From Thermostichus sp. DRC_bins_24 (GTDB lineage: Bacteria; Cyanobacteriota; Cyanobacteriia; Thermostichales; Thermostichaceae), in contig JAUQVK010000112.1 in assembly GCA_039794845.1 (NCBI GenBank), forward strand, positions 14,359-78,358: DNA of 64,000 nucleotides, given 5' to 3'. A program made the position numbers and the translations under genes. How positions within the stretch are numbered: position 1 is the first letter of the stretch; each line of letters begins with the position of its first letter. Positions 1 to 9,959 of this stretch are shown one piece after another. A model generated the notes under the pieces. The model was not told where the DNA came from. It made no database searches and worked only from the letters and a program-made list of their open reading frames with translations.

Positions 1-1154
1 AACCGCACCTCCCCCCCGGCGGAAGCAGGCAAGTGGCGGGGCTGAGCGGGATCCCGAATGGCAATCGGCAGGCTGAGAATGTTATCGATCCGTTCGACAG
101 CCGTAAACCCCGACTGCAGAGCGGTAAATTTTTCCGCCAACTGACGCAGCGGGTTGAAAAACCGTTGGGAGAACAGGATAAAGGCGTAGAGGCTGCCAAA
201 GGTGAGGGGCTCGCTGGGTAACGGCAGGGATCCCCCCAAGCCTTGTCGCAGAGCCCCCGTACCGGCCGAGATCACCTGTTGCCCCCCCACCCAAAGCAGG
301 GCTGCTACCGCCAACCACGACACCCATTCCAAAACAGCGGACAAAGCGGAATCGTAAAGGATAGTCTGATCGACTTCGTGAATGTAGCGCTGGTTAATGG
401 TTCGGAAGATCTGCCCGTTTAGTCGTTCCCGCCGAAACAGTTGGACCACCGTGATGCCCAAAATGTTTTCTTGAATCCAGGAGTTGAGTTTGGAGAGTTC
501 TTCTCGCACACGAAAGTTGGCATCACGAAAGCGGCGCTGCAACCAAATGACGATGGCCCCAATGGGAATGACGATGAGGATCAGCAGCAGGCCCAAATCC
601 CAGCGTTGGCTGAGCATGACCACCGCGATTACCCCCAGGGTAAACAGGTCACTGACAATGCCGACGGCCCCCGTCGAGAAGACATCCCCCAAGGCTTCTA
701 CATCACTGGTGATGCGGGTGATTAATTTCCCCACCGGGGTGCGATCAAAAAATTGGGCCGGTAAGGCGAGAATGTGGGCGAACAGATCATCCCGAATGTC
801 GCGGGTCATCAGCTGCCCCAACTTTTGGCTGGTATAGCCCTCCAAAGATTGGAAGCCCCAGCGCACCAGCACCGTCAGAACCAACAAGCCCACAAAGGGC
901 CACAGGCCGGAGAGGATCCCGTCCCCGCGTTCCATCGCCTGGGCAATCGGGCCATCCAGGGCTCGCTGCAAGATCAAAGGCTGCACTGCATCCGCAAGTG
1001 CCAAGGGGGGCAAAAAGGCCAAAGCTGCCAGCAACAACTTCAGGTGGCGACGGGCATAGGGCCAGAGAATCCGCAGCAACCGCCAGTCGCTCTCTCGTTG
1101 AGGTTGGGGATCCGAATCTGCAGCCGTATCGGGGGGAGTGGCAGCAAAGGTCAC
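1..1154 (-). CDS. ABC exporter permease/ATP-binding protein (MdlB/MsbA-like), N-terminal part; runs off the window edge
   Basis: Manual minus-strand translation from GTG at 1154: MTFAATPP...SDWRLLRILWPYARRHLKLLLAALAFLPPLALADAVQPLILQRALDGP..., later FFDRTPVGKLITRITSDVEAL (ABC transmembrane-domain signature). Absent from the ORF track because there is no stop in the window. Confidence 0.85.
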   Translation of the reverse strand, partial: MTFAATPPDTAADSDPQPQRESDWRLLRILWPYARRHLKLLLAALAFLPPLALADAVQPLILQRALDGPIAQAMERGDGILSGLWPFVGLLVLTVLVRWGFQSLEGYTSQKLGQLMTRDIRDDLFAHILALPAQFFDRTPVGKLITRITSDVEALGDVFSTGAVGIVSDLFTLGVIAVVMLSQRWDLGLLLILIVIPIGAIVIWLQRRFRDANFRVREELSKLNSWIQENILGITVVQLFRRERLNGQIFRTINQRYIHEVDQTILYDSALSAVLEWVSWLAVAALLWVGGQQVISAGTGALRQGLGGSLPLPSEPLTFGSLYAFILFSQRFFNPLRQLAEKFTALQSGFTAVERIDNILSLPIAIRDPAQPRHLPASAGGEVR

Positions 1155-1391
1155 AGAGCACACCCAAGAACAAATGAAGAACAAAAAAGTGGTGCAGGGC
1201 ACAGATCCACTTTACGCGCTTGCTGGTCGGGATAAACCGTGAAGGAGCGCAGAGGTTCAAACCTGTCTCCTGGGAATTTTGAAAAGTCGAGTTTGGTTTT
1301 TCCGGGACAGCTGGCAAACTGCCCCTTTTTGGGTTTCCGGCTAGCCAAACCCGGACAGGCTATAGACATCTTGACGGAGGAGAAGCCAGCG

Positions 1392-2177
1392 ATGTCTTAC
1401 TACAGAATGCTCTTTCCGGTTGGGGGAGCAGGGCTATTGTTATTGATCTTCGGCGGGATCCTGTTTGGCTTCTTCCGCGCCTTCGGATTGCCGATTGGAG
1501 AACTGGCGGACTGGGTGATCGGGATTGCCAGCTTTTGGTGGTTGGTGGTGATCGTCACCATTCCTTGGAACATTTACTTTCATGCCAAGGCCGTGCACCA
1601 CGAGGCGGTTGTGTCTCGACAACGGGGGATCCCGGTGGAAACCTCAGCCTTTACCTTTATTCAGAAACTCACCAACTGGTCGTTGCGCATTGCGATTGCG
1701 CTGCATGTGCTGTCGGCCCTGGCCTTTTACGGATTGGCCATTGGGCAAGTCACCCCAATTGGCTACCCCAGTGCTGTGGCGGCTTTGTTGCTGACGGCTT
1801 TGCGCCCGGCCATTCGCGGCTATGAATATCTGGCGGACCGGTTGGCCCAGCTGCAACAGCAAATTTTGGTGCCCCGCGAAGATGCGATCGAACTGGCCTA
1901 TCAGCTGAAGAACTTGACCCGCCAAGTGGAGATCATGCAAGAGCAATTGGATCCCAACAGGCCCCATTCCTGGGCATCTAAAGAAGAGGAAACCCGGCGC
2001 TACCTGCGGCAAGAAGTGGCCACTGCCAAAGCCCAGCTCGAACAACTGCGGGCCAGCAATGACCTAGACCACACCCAACTGCGGCAAGAGATCCAACAAG
2101 CCGTGGCTCAACTCAGCGTTGACAGCCAATTTCTGGGCCATGTGCGGGAGATCCTCCGCTTTGTCAAAGAAGCTTGA
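1392..2177 (+). CDS. Hypothetical membrane protein with C-terminal coiled coil
   Basis: ORF 1239..2177; likely ATG at 1392 after GGAGGAG. About 4 hydrophobic segments followed by a Q/E/L-rich heptad tail. Confidence 0.75.
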   Translation: MSYYRMLFPVGGAGLLLLIFGGILFGFFRAFGLPIGELADWVIGIASFWWLVVIVTIPWNIYFHAKAVHHEAVVSRQRGIPVETSAFTFIQKLTNWSLRIAIALHVLSALAFYGLAIGQVTPIGYPSAVAALLLTALRPAIRGYEYLADRLAQLQQQILVPREDAIELAYQLKNLTRQVEIMQEQLDPNRPHSWASKEEETRRYLRQEVATAKAQLEQLRASNDLDHTQLRQEIQQAVAQLSVDSQFLGHVREILRFVKEA

Positions 2178-2187
2178 GAAAAAGACT

Positions 2188-3135
2188 TTAACGGGCGCTG
2201 CTGCTTACTTCCCCCACCTGCGCAGAATACTGGGAGGGAACCAGCTTGGTGCCTACTCCGGCATCGGTCAGAATCTCCAGCAGCAGGGAATGAGGGGATC
2301 CCCCATCCAGAATGTGGGCGGCCCGTACCCCTTGTGCCAAGGCCCGGATGCAACACTGCACCTTGGGAATCATACCGCCTTTAACGATACCCGTTTGGAT
2401 CAGCCGGCGGGCAGTTTCGATATCCACCAAAGTCACCAAGGAGCTGCGATCCTGAGGATCTTTGAGAATACCGGGGGTATCGGTGAGCAAGATCAGCTTT
2501 TCTGCCCCCAGAGAAGCCGCCAGCTCTCCGGCTACTGTATCGGCGTTGATGTTGTAGGCTTGCCCTGTCTCATCGGCGGCCACACTGGAGATCACCGGAA
2601 TTTGGCCTCCCTCCAGCAGGGTTTGAATCAAATGGGGGTTGATGCTGCTCACCTCCCCCACAAAGCCAATCTCCGCTCGTCCTTGAGAGCGTGCCTTGAT
2701 CAAGTTGCCATCCCGACCACACAATCCCACTGCGGAACCGCCTGCCAAGCTGATTAGCTGCACGATCTGCTTATTGACCTTACCCACCAACACCATTTCC
2801 ACCACTTCCATCGTGGCGGCATCGGTGACCCGCAGGCCATCGACAAATTTGAAGGGAATATCCAGCTTTTGCAGCCAGCTGTTGATCTCAGGCCCTCCTC
2901 CATGGACCAGCACCGGACGAATGCCGACACAGGACAAAAAGACGATATCCCGCAGCACTTCGGCCCGCCGCTCTTGATGCACCATGGCAGCGCCACCATA
3001 TTTGATTACAACAACGCGACCCTGGTATTGCTGAATGTAGGGCAGTGCTTCGCTGAGGATCTGAGCCCGAGTGAGGGGATCACACTGCACAACCTGAGAC
3101 TCAGCTGGATTGGAGGAGGAAGAGTGGGTCAGCAC
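2188..3135 (-). CDS. argB: Acetylglutamate kinase
   Basis: [42 protein letters not shown] motifs. Confidence 0.97.
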   Translation of the reverse strand: MLTHSSSSNPAESQVVQCDPLTRAQILSEALPYIQQYQGRVVVIKYGGAAMVHQERRAEVLRDIVFLSCVGIRPVLVHGGGPEINSWLQKLDIPFKFVDGLRVTDAATMEVVEMVLVGKVNKQIVQLISLAGGSAVGLCGRDGNLIKARSQGRAEIGFVGEVSSINPHLIQTLLEGGQIPVISSVAADETGQAYNINADTVAGELAASLGAEKLILLTDTPGILKDPQDRSSLVTLVDIETARRLIQTGIVKGGMIPKVQCCIRALAQGVRAAHILDGGSPHSLLLEILTDAGVGTKLVPSQYSAQVGEVSSSAR

Positions 3136-3198
3136 CGCCGTAGGGTTCCTGAGTGTAAGAAAACTTGACCTAAACTATCGCATTCTTTGGATTAGAGG

Positions 3199-4158
3199 TT
3201 AAGACCACCGTGCCCACTTTATCCACCTCCTGGGAGCCACCCTACGAAGGGCGCAGGCATGGTAGCTGGGTTGACTGCCGTCCCTTGGACAAGCCACCAA
3301 CCCAAAGCCCACACCATCCGCCACCATCTGGGTTGGCTTCAACCCAAAATCAGACGGGATTCGGACAATAGGGGTCAGGGATCCCTGCCCATCGGTACCT
3401 GGCGAGCCCTGCAAATCAATATCGTGAATCGGCACAAAATCACCATCATTTTGCTCCCGCAACACCCGACCATCCAGCACCACCGACACCCCCTGACTGA
3501 GAGTGGCCCTGAGAATACTGGGATCCCCTTGGGCAGGCGCCAAAAACCAGCAGTCTTGCCCCTGATGAAGGAGCTTAGTCTCTCTTTTATTCTTTTATAA
3601 AGAACTCCTTAATAAAGAAAAATCCTTCATCACCGGGAAACTATCGAAATCCAACAACCGAGAGGTCTGCCCCGAGCTATCCACCTGTAACAACTCTGAA
3701 CCACAACAGGTTTGCACCGCCGGATTTTGCCGAGCGAAAAAGACCGGGAAAGACTCTCGGGTGAGAGCTACGCTATTTCCCACCTGCACCAAGTTGGACA
3801 GGTATTCGAATACTCCTCCAAAAGAGGAAGCAAACGGGAGATTCTCCGCAAAAGTCGAGACTTGGCCCTGGGCATCAACCTGGCTCAAAACGCCGATATT
3901 CCGAGTTCTAATCGTTGCGTTGTAGCCCTGAGTGGCTTTCAACAGCATCACCCCACCGTCAAAAGCCCCGATTCTCCTGAACCATTCTGAATAGCCTGGC
4001 CATGGATTTCTCTCCTCCTCCAACACCAGGCTCACCTGCCCTGAAGAGGTGATGCGAGTCAGTCGTGACCGGGTATCAATACATCTGCTCGAGGTTAATG
4101 AAAACTCCCGACAGTTATCCTCCAGAACCCAATAATCAGAGCCCGATTTCACCAAGTC
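3199..4158 (-). pseudogene. Disrupted repeat (beta-propeller-like) protein; 5' end lost at ISL3, internal TAA at 3595-3597
   Basis: ORFs 3595..4191 and 3199..3543 are in the same frame, separated by one stop (3544-3594 reads open: KNKRETKLLHQGQDCWF). Repeated LxxV(D/T)xxGQ(V/T)S units. The ORF-track start lies inside the IS end. Confidence 0.55.
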
Positions 4159-5200
4159 GGCTCTCCTAGACTTATGGTGATCAGCGATCACTAAGTCCAG
4201 AAGGCTGTCAATAATCGAGCTCTGAAGTTGGTCATATTGGTAAACCCGTACCCTTGTCGCTTTATTACCTTGATCCGGTTGTTGATTCCCTCCATCATCC
4301 CATTAGTCACACGATTCACAAAATAGTGACAGATCCCCTGAAGATGATTCCGGACTGCCTTGACCCCATCGGTGTGAACCCTTTGAGCCTCTGCCAGCCA
4401 TGCGACCAGTTGACTCTCTCCCTCCTTTACAGTAATTATGCTCTCAAAAATGCTCCGCAACCTCTCTTTCAGTTCATAGGCTTGCCTCAGTCGTTTGCTC
4501 CGTTTTAAATAGATCTCCAGTTTTGCCTTTTCTTCCTCAGTTAAGTCTTTATTATTCTTAAGTATGATTCTTTTTAATCCTTTCTCTGTAATCTGAGCCT
4601 GTCGTCTAATTCTGTCTAACTCCTGGATGGCTTTCTGCCACATGGAATCTGTCATAGACGATACGGGCCTTCGGAAATACCCGCCTGACAACTTTGGTAA
4701 ATCCAGCCCACATATCGATACTCACTTCTTCCATCCTCAGCCTCTCTTCCTCTGCCCATAAGCTTTCCAGCCTTGCAATAAACTCTTCTTCTTTGTGAAC
4801 ATCAATCACCTCTAGCAGACAATGATTCTCTAGGTCGCCGATAACTGTCACGTATTGATTGCGCCCTTTTCGTAAACTGATCTCGTCGATACTGATTTTC
4901 TTGGCCCGAAACACTGGGGCTCTTTTGGGCTTGTTGCTGCTCAGACTGACGCTTGAATATCCCTTCCACTTGGTCTCGACTTAATCCTTCATTCTGACTA
5001 ACTTGTTCAATCGTCGATTGTTTGACTTGTCGATAAATAGAGGTTTCATAACGCTGTGTATAGGAGCGTTCCCAGTCCACGAATGAGAGGACTTCAGTGG
5101 AGTAGTGCTGGCAGTGAGAGCAATAAAATTGGCGGCGAGGCACTTGCAGATAGACTGAACGCCCAAACAGGGACAAGTCTCGCACAACGAACCATTCTAC
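4159..5200 (-). mobile_element. ISL3-family insertion sequence, degenerate (two frameshifts, 5' truncated)
   Basis: Three overlapping ORFs (4802..5212, 4606..4914, 4191..4691) give VRDLSLFGRSVYLQVPRRQFYCSHC, ISIDEISLRKG, VSIDMWAGF...IVYDRFHV, TNGMMEGINNRIKVIKRQGYGF. ISL3-type terminus GGCTCTCCTAGACTTATGGTGA at 4159. AT-rich; no second terminus seen. Confidence 0.92.
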
Positions 5201-5222
5201 AGTAAATCTCACCTGTTGGTAT

Positions 5223-5430
5223 TTGGATACGTTTCATTCCTTTTATCGCCACTTTTTGCTGAAGCTGTTCCATGAGGGATTGGGCAAGCCCGATCGCAAT
5301 CCTGAATTGAACAAACTGCTGGGCAAAATTCCCTATCTGAATCTGAATGGCGGCTTGTTTGAAGTCCACCAGTTGAAGGAAAAATATGACACCACTCTGC
5401 ACATTCCCGATGTGGTGTTTGAGCAAGTGG
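5223..5430 (+). pseudogene. Internal fragment of a type IIG (Eco57I-like) restriction-modification enzyme
   Basis: SFYRHFLLKLFHEGLG...LLGKIPYLN(LN)GGLF; the PYLNGGLF motif is typical of type IIG RM fusion proteins. It carries a 6-bp CTGAAT duplication and lacks both ends. Confidence 0.7.
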
Positions 5431-5492
5431 TGATGTTTATCAATTCATACATCGGGTGAGCATTGGCGAAGCCTCTCTGCAAGAAAATCGCG

Positions 5493-5558
5493 GCACAACA
5501 ACGCGCTGCACCCGACCGCCAAGAGGTTATCTGCCGCGGGTGAGCTAACCCGTTCCCC
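5493..5558 (+). mobile_element. Solitary integron attC-like recombination site (59-base element)
   Basis: R'' GCACAAC, 5-nt spacer, L'' GCTGCACC(CG) ... (CG)GGTGAGC L', 6-nt spacer, R' GTT. L'' and L' are complementary except for one extrahelical G. Length 66 bp. Confidence 0.72.
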
Positions 5559-5591
5559 ATCAATGTCCTTTGCTTTCAGGGATCCCTTTCT

Positions 5592-6695
5592 TTAGCGCAG
5601 AAAACGAGCCAGTAGCACCATGCCGATGCCTCCGAACAGAATGTTGAAACTCCAGGCCGCCGCCCAAGGGGGCAAAGCCCCGGCTTCTCCCAAACTGCGG
5701 GACACACTTAAAATCACGTAGTAGCCAAACACCAACAAAATGCCGAAAACCACGCCCCCATAGCGCCCCACCCGGCGGGCCGTACTGGATCCCAGGGGCA
5801 GCGAGATCAACACCGCAAAAAAGCTGGCCAAAGGCAAGGAAAAGCGCAAATGAAACTCGGTGCGCAGGGCTTGGGTGTTCAGGTTAGAGCGGGCCAAACG
5901 CGCAATTCGCTCCGCCAATTCCGGCAAGCGCAACTCACTCGGGGGTACGGGCAGCTGCATCAGGGTGGCCAGATCCTCCGAGACCTGCAAGGGCTTACGG
6001 TCAAAGACCTGCTCGGCAATGCTGGTGCCGGTGGGACCATAGATGTGGGTCACCCCTTCACTGAGGCTCCACTCCAAACCATTCCACACCGCCTGAGCCG
6101 CCAAGGTCACTTCTGCCAACTGATAGTTGCCCCCCGGCAAGGGATTCACCCGCAGCAGGGTTACATCTTGCATGGTGTTCAGGCGGGGATCCACCTGGCG
6201 AATGAAAAACCAGAGGTTGTCTTCGGTTTTGAAAAAGACGTCGTACTGAACCGGGGTGGTGGCTTGGGTGAGCAAAGCCTGCTGATCGATCTCGCGGATT
6301 TGCTGTTTGCTGGCGGGGAGCAGCACATTGCTAATGCCAAAGGCGCTGAGGCTCATGGTCAGACCCACCAACAACAGGGGCCGGAAAATGCGGGAAAAAG
6401 GGATCCCAGCCGCTCGCAGGGCGGTGATCTCGCTATTGCCACTCAGTTTGCCCAGGGTGAGCATGGTGGCGAAAAAGGCAGCGATCGGCATCCCCAGCAC
6501 CACCATCTCCGGCATGTCCAGGGCCAAGAGGCGCAATACCATCAAAGGGGGGACGGATCCCTCCACCAGCCGCTCGGCTAGGGTAAACAGCCTGCCCACC
6601 AGCAGCAGTAGCGTTCCCCCCGCCACACCGGCCAGCACCGGGGTAAGCATCTGTCCAAACAGGTAGCGCTCCAACAGCCAGAACTTGGTCAGCAA
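5592..6695 (-). CDS. LptF/LptG (YjgP/YjgQ) family LPS export permease
   Basis: LERYLFGQM, GKLSGNSEITALRAAGI, EFHLRFSLPLAS, AAWSFNILF; 3+3 TM layout. Confidence 0.93.
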   Translation of the reverse strand: MLTKFWLLERYLFGQMLTPVLAGVAGGTLLLLVGRLFTLAERLVEGSVPPLMVLRLLALDMPEMVVLGMPIAAFFATMLTLGKLSGNSEITALRAAGIPFSRIFRPLLLVGLTMSLSAFGISNVLLPASKQQIREIDQQALLTQATTPVQYDVFFKTEDNLWFFIRQVDPRLNTMQDVTLLRVNPLPGGNYQLAEVTLAAQAVWNGLEWSLSEGVTHIYGPTGTSIAEQVFDRKPLQVSEDLATLMQLPVPPSELRLPELAERIARLARSNLNTQALRTEFHLRFSLPLASFFAVLISLPLGSSTARRVGRYGGVVFGILLVFGYYVILSVSRSLGEAGALPPWAAAWSFNILFGGIGMVLLARFLR

Positions 6696-6729
6696 AGGGG
6701 CTCTCCTCCGGCTTCACCGGCCACCTACT

Positions 6730-7917
6730 CTAGCCTAAGGGGGCTGGCGGCTCAGGGAGCTGTGAGGGGGTCGGAGCCCTATCGTGACCGACCTCCGCCC
6801 CCCAAGCCTTCAGGTAAGCCCGTTGCTCTGGGGAAAGGCGACGCACCTGGCGAAAATCGGCCCCTGCCACGATTGCCCCGGCATAGGCCCCGCTTTTGAA
6901 ATCGGGTTTTTGTCCCGGTTGAGCGGGAGAGGCAGTTTCCAAAGGTCCGACAAACAGCAAGGCCCGGTACAGGTCAGCTCCCCTGAAATCCGCATGGCGT
7001 AGGTTGGCTCCGCACAAATTGGCATAGCTGAGATCACAACCCTGCAAGTTGGCCCCTTCCAGACTGGCTTCACTTAGATCGATGGCCCGCAATTGGGTGC
7101 CGTGCAGATCGGCCCCCTCCAACATCGTCTCCAGTTTGACGACGCGGATCCCGTGCAGGCGATCCCGTTGGTAGCCGCCTTTGCCATCCAAAATCGGGCG
7201 CCCGAGGTGATCGTCGCGGCGTAGGGGGCTAAGCAAATTGGCCGTCGAGAGAAAGCGCAGAATCTTCGCTTTACCAAACCGATCCACCCCATTCAGCAGC
7301 GCGGCGGTGCGTCCGGCAGCAATGGCACGTTCTAAAGGCCAATCGTCCAACTGACCATCGGGGGCCAGCACCAGACCAGAAATCCCCTCGAAATAGGCAT
7401 CGATGGTTTGCTGCTGGGTGATTACATTCTGCTGAATGGTCAGATCCCGAGAGATGATGTACTGCCGCCAGGCAATGTAAGCCGCCAAAATGGCAATTAA
7501 AATTTGTCCTGCCGCTCCAAACACCTCCCCCAGCGCCCCGATGGCTTCCCAACTCAGGGATCCCACCCCCGTCAGGATCCCGCTCAGATACACCCCTCCC
7601 ACCATCGCCAAGCTGAGGGCCACCCCCATCCACAAAGCGCCGGGCCAACTGCGCAACTGATGCCAGAGACTGCGCCCCACCCTGGCCCAGAGCTGTCGCC
7701 CCCACCAACCCGCCAAGCCCACCCAAGCCAGCACGGCACCCCAGCCCAAACCCGGCTGAGCTGTCAGCAGGGCCAGCACCCAGAGCCCTCCGGGGATCCC
7801 CAACAACAGCAGATTGAGTAGGGGCCGCCAAGGGGGGACAAGGGCAAAGGAGACCCCCGACTCGGGAGTGGGAGGGTCGAACGGCAGGAATTCGGGGGCA
7901 AAAGGTTTGGAGGTCAT
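6730..7917 (-). CDS. Membrane-anchored pentapeptide repeat protein
   Basis: N-terminal TM helices, QQTIDAYFEGIS, then A(D/N)Lxx repeats. Start placed at ATG 7917 (ORF is open from 8085). Confidence 0.88.
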   Translation of the reverse strand: MTSKPFAPEFLPFDPPTPESGVSFALVPPWRPLLNLLLLGIPGGLWVLALLTAQPGLGWGAVLAWVGLAGWWGRQLWARVGRSLWHQLRSWPGALWMGVALSLAMVGGVYLSGILTGVGSLSWEAIGALGEVFGAAGQILIAILAAYIAWRQYIISRDLTIQQNVITQQQTIDAYFEGISGLVLAPDGQLDDWPLERAIAAGRTAALLNGVDRFGKAKILRFLSTANLLSPLRRDDHLGRPILDGKGGYQRDRLHGIRVVKLETMLEGADLHGTQLRAIDLSEASLEGANLQGCDLSYANLCGANLRHADFRGADLYRALLFVGPLETASPAQPGQKPDFKSGAYAGAIVAGADFRQVRRLSPEQRAYLKAWGAEVGHDRAPTPSQLPEPPAPLG

Positions 7918-8087
7918 GGGATCCTTTGGACGAGAGGATACTCCAGGGCTAGCGTTGGAGCCAGAAAAAGAAGCCTGCGTTAGTCCGTATCTGGGGGTGA
8001 GTACCAGGGCAGGATCCCGTTCCCCAGGTTTGTTAGGATAACCTCGACCTTCCTTCTCTAGCCCAACCCGGTGTGAGGGTGACAACT

Positions 8088-9899
8088 ATGGTGATCTCTT
8101 TATTGTCTACTGCTCTGCAGAAGTCCAGCGGACGGCAATCCACAGCAGGCAAATCTGGCTTACGGGTGCAGCATTTCGCCTCCTCCCTGCTACTCGGCAC
8201 CACCTTGCTACTGGCGGCGGGTTTCGATCCCGGTTGGGCCCAAACCTCCTTGGATACGGGCATTTCGGGGGATCAAACCTTACCCAGTGTCCCCCCTCTG
8301 CCGGACAATCGCCCCGCCATTTTCGTGGATGCCGCCAATGGCAGCGACACCCGTGGGGATGGATCCCGCAGCAATCCCTTCCAAACCATTACCCATGCCG
8401 TCCAACGGGCCCCTGCCGGTAGTGTGATTCAGCTTTTTCCCGGGGTTTACAGCGAGCAGAGCGGCGAGATTTTCCCCATTCGTCTCAGGAGCGGCCTCAC
8501 CCTGCGAGGGGACGAGTCCACCCTGGGAGAAGGTTACCTGATCACGGGAGGGGGCACCTACATCAGCCCGACGGTGGCCCGGCAAAATATCACCATGCTG
8601 GCGGAGACCGGGTCAGAGGTGCGGGGCGTCACCATGCGCAATGAAGGTCGGCGGGGCTACGCCCTCTGGGTGGAATCGGCCGCCCCTCGCGTCCTCAACA
8701 ACAGTTTTGTGGGCAGCATCCACGATGGCATCTTTATTACCGGTGCTTCTAACCCCTGGGTGGAGGGCAATCGCTTTTACAAGAATGGGGCGAGTGGCAT
8801 TTCCGTCTTGGGCACCTCTCAGCCCACCATCGTCAACAACCTGTTTCAAGAAACCGGCTTCGGTCTTACCCTCGACCAGCGCTCTACCCCAATTGTGCGC
8901 AACAACCGCATTCTGCAAAACCGCACCGGTGTGCTCGTTGGCGGTAGCTCCCAGCCAATACTGCGCAACAACTTCATTGCCCAGAACCTGGAAACCGGCC
9001 TCACCGCCATCACCACGGCCCTACCGGATCTGGGCACCGCTTCGGATCCCGGCAACAACATCTTCGAGGGCAACGGCCAGTACGACATCCACAATTCCAC
9101 CCGTGGCCTGCGCATCAATGCCAACGGCAACCAACTCCGGGGCCAAACCAAAGGGGATCTGGATCTGGCGGGCCAATCCACCGTGGCGGCGGCTCCCACT
9201 GCTGCTCCCAACCCCATCTCTCCTGGCACTCTGGCTCTGCCCAGCGCTCCAACCTTGCCTGCTGCCCCGGCTGAAGCGGAGCCTGTACCTGCGGCGGTTA
9301 CCCCGGCTGAGACCACCCCAACCATGCCGATTTTGACGGTGCCAGAATCCACCGCTCCCACCGCCGTTTCCCCCACCGAGGGATCCGGAGGGCGTATTTT
9401 ACCTGACGTTCCTGTGAGTGGCTCTGAAACCTCGCCAACTGCTCCGGTCACGGCCACAGCACCTGCCCCGCCACCGCCAACCCAAGAATTTACCGCAGTG
9501 CCCTTTACGCCGGATGGCTCCACCACCCCTGCCCAACCGGTGGATCCCCCCGTCACCGCCAGCCGCCCTGCCCCCCTGATGGATATCACCACCCTGTTGC
9601 CCCCACCGGCTCAGCGTCAATCCCAAGCTGCCCCGGCGGCTCCCGTTGCCCCAGCCCCACCCGCAACTACTGTCGCTGCGGCAGATTCTGCCACCCAGTT
9701 TCGAGTCCTGGTCACCCCCAGAAGCAGTGAGGATTTGAATCGGTTACGCCAACTCATTCCCGGTGCGGTGGAAACCGTGTTTAACGGCAGAAATGTACTC
9801 CAAGCCGGTCTCTACGACAGCCGCAGCCAAGCTCAGTCGGTGTTGGATCAGCTGTTGGATGCCGGCTTTGAAGCCGTGGCCGAGATGATCTTCCGCTGA
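8088..9899 (+). CDS. Secreted DUF1565 / right-handed beta-helix protein with Pro/Ala/Thr linker and SPOR-like C-terminus
   Basis: Signal-like N-terminus, IFVDAANGSD..GDGS..NPFQTITHA, PGVYS..SGEIFPI, parallel beta-helix repeats, C-terminal LQAGLYDSRSQA. Confidence 0.85.
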   Translation: MVISLLSTALQKSSGRQSTAGKSGLRVQHFASSLLLGTTLLLAAGFDPGWAQTSLDTGISGDQTLPSVPPLPDNRPAIFVDAANGSDTRGDGSRSNPFQTITHAVQRAPAGSVIQLFPGVYSEQSGEIFPIRLRSGLTLRGDESTLGEGYLITGGGTYISPTVARQNITMLAETGSEVRGVTMRNEGRRGYALWVESAAPRVLNNSFVGSIHDGIFITGASNPWVEGNRFYKNGASGISVLGTSQPTIVNNLFQETGFGLTLDQRSTPIVRNNRILQNRTGVLVGGSSQPILRNNFIAQNLETGLTAITTALPDLGTASDPGNNIFEGNGQYDIHNSTRGLRINANGNQLRGQTKGDLDLAGQSTVAAAPTAAPNPISPGTLALPSAPTLPAAPAEAEPVPAAVTPAETTPTMPILTVPESTAPTAVSPTEGSGGRILPDVPVSGSETSPTAPVTATAPAPPPPTQEFTAVPFTPDGSTTPAQPVDPPVTASRPAPLMDITTLLPPPAQRQSQAAPAAPVAPAPPATTVAAADSATQFRVLVTPRSSEDLNRLRQLIPGAVETVFNGRNVLQAGLYDSRSQAQSVLDQLLDAGFEAVAEMIFR

Positions 9900-9959
9900 A
9901 CGGCTGCCTGAGTGGGATCCAAGCCACAATGGGGATAACCCACCACAGAAGGGATCCCT

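Noticed and set aside
4600..4920. Programmed frameshifting in the ISL3 transposase
   Set aside because: ISL3 transposases are single ORFs; two shifts plus a 5' truncation indicate decay or sequence error.
8846..9592. Long antisense or alternate-frame ORFs (also 13079..13987, 40394..41395, 46100..47035, 5850..6581)
   Set aside because: Shadows of well-supported genes in GC-rich DNA, with no recognisable motifs.
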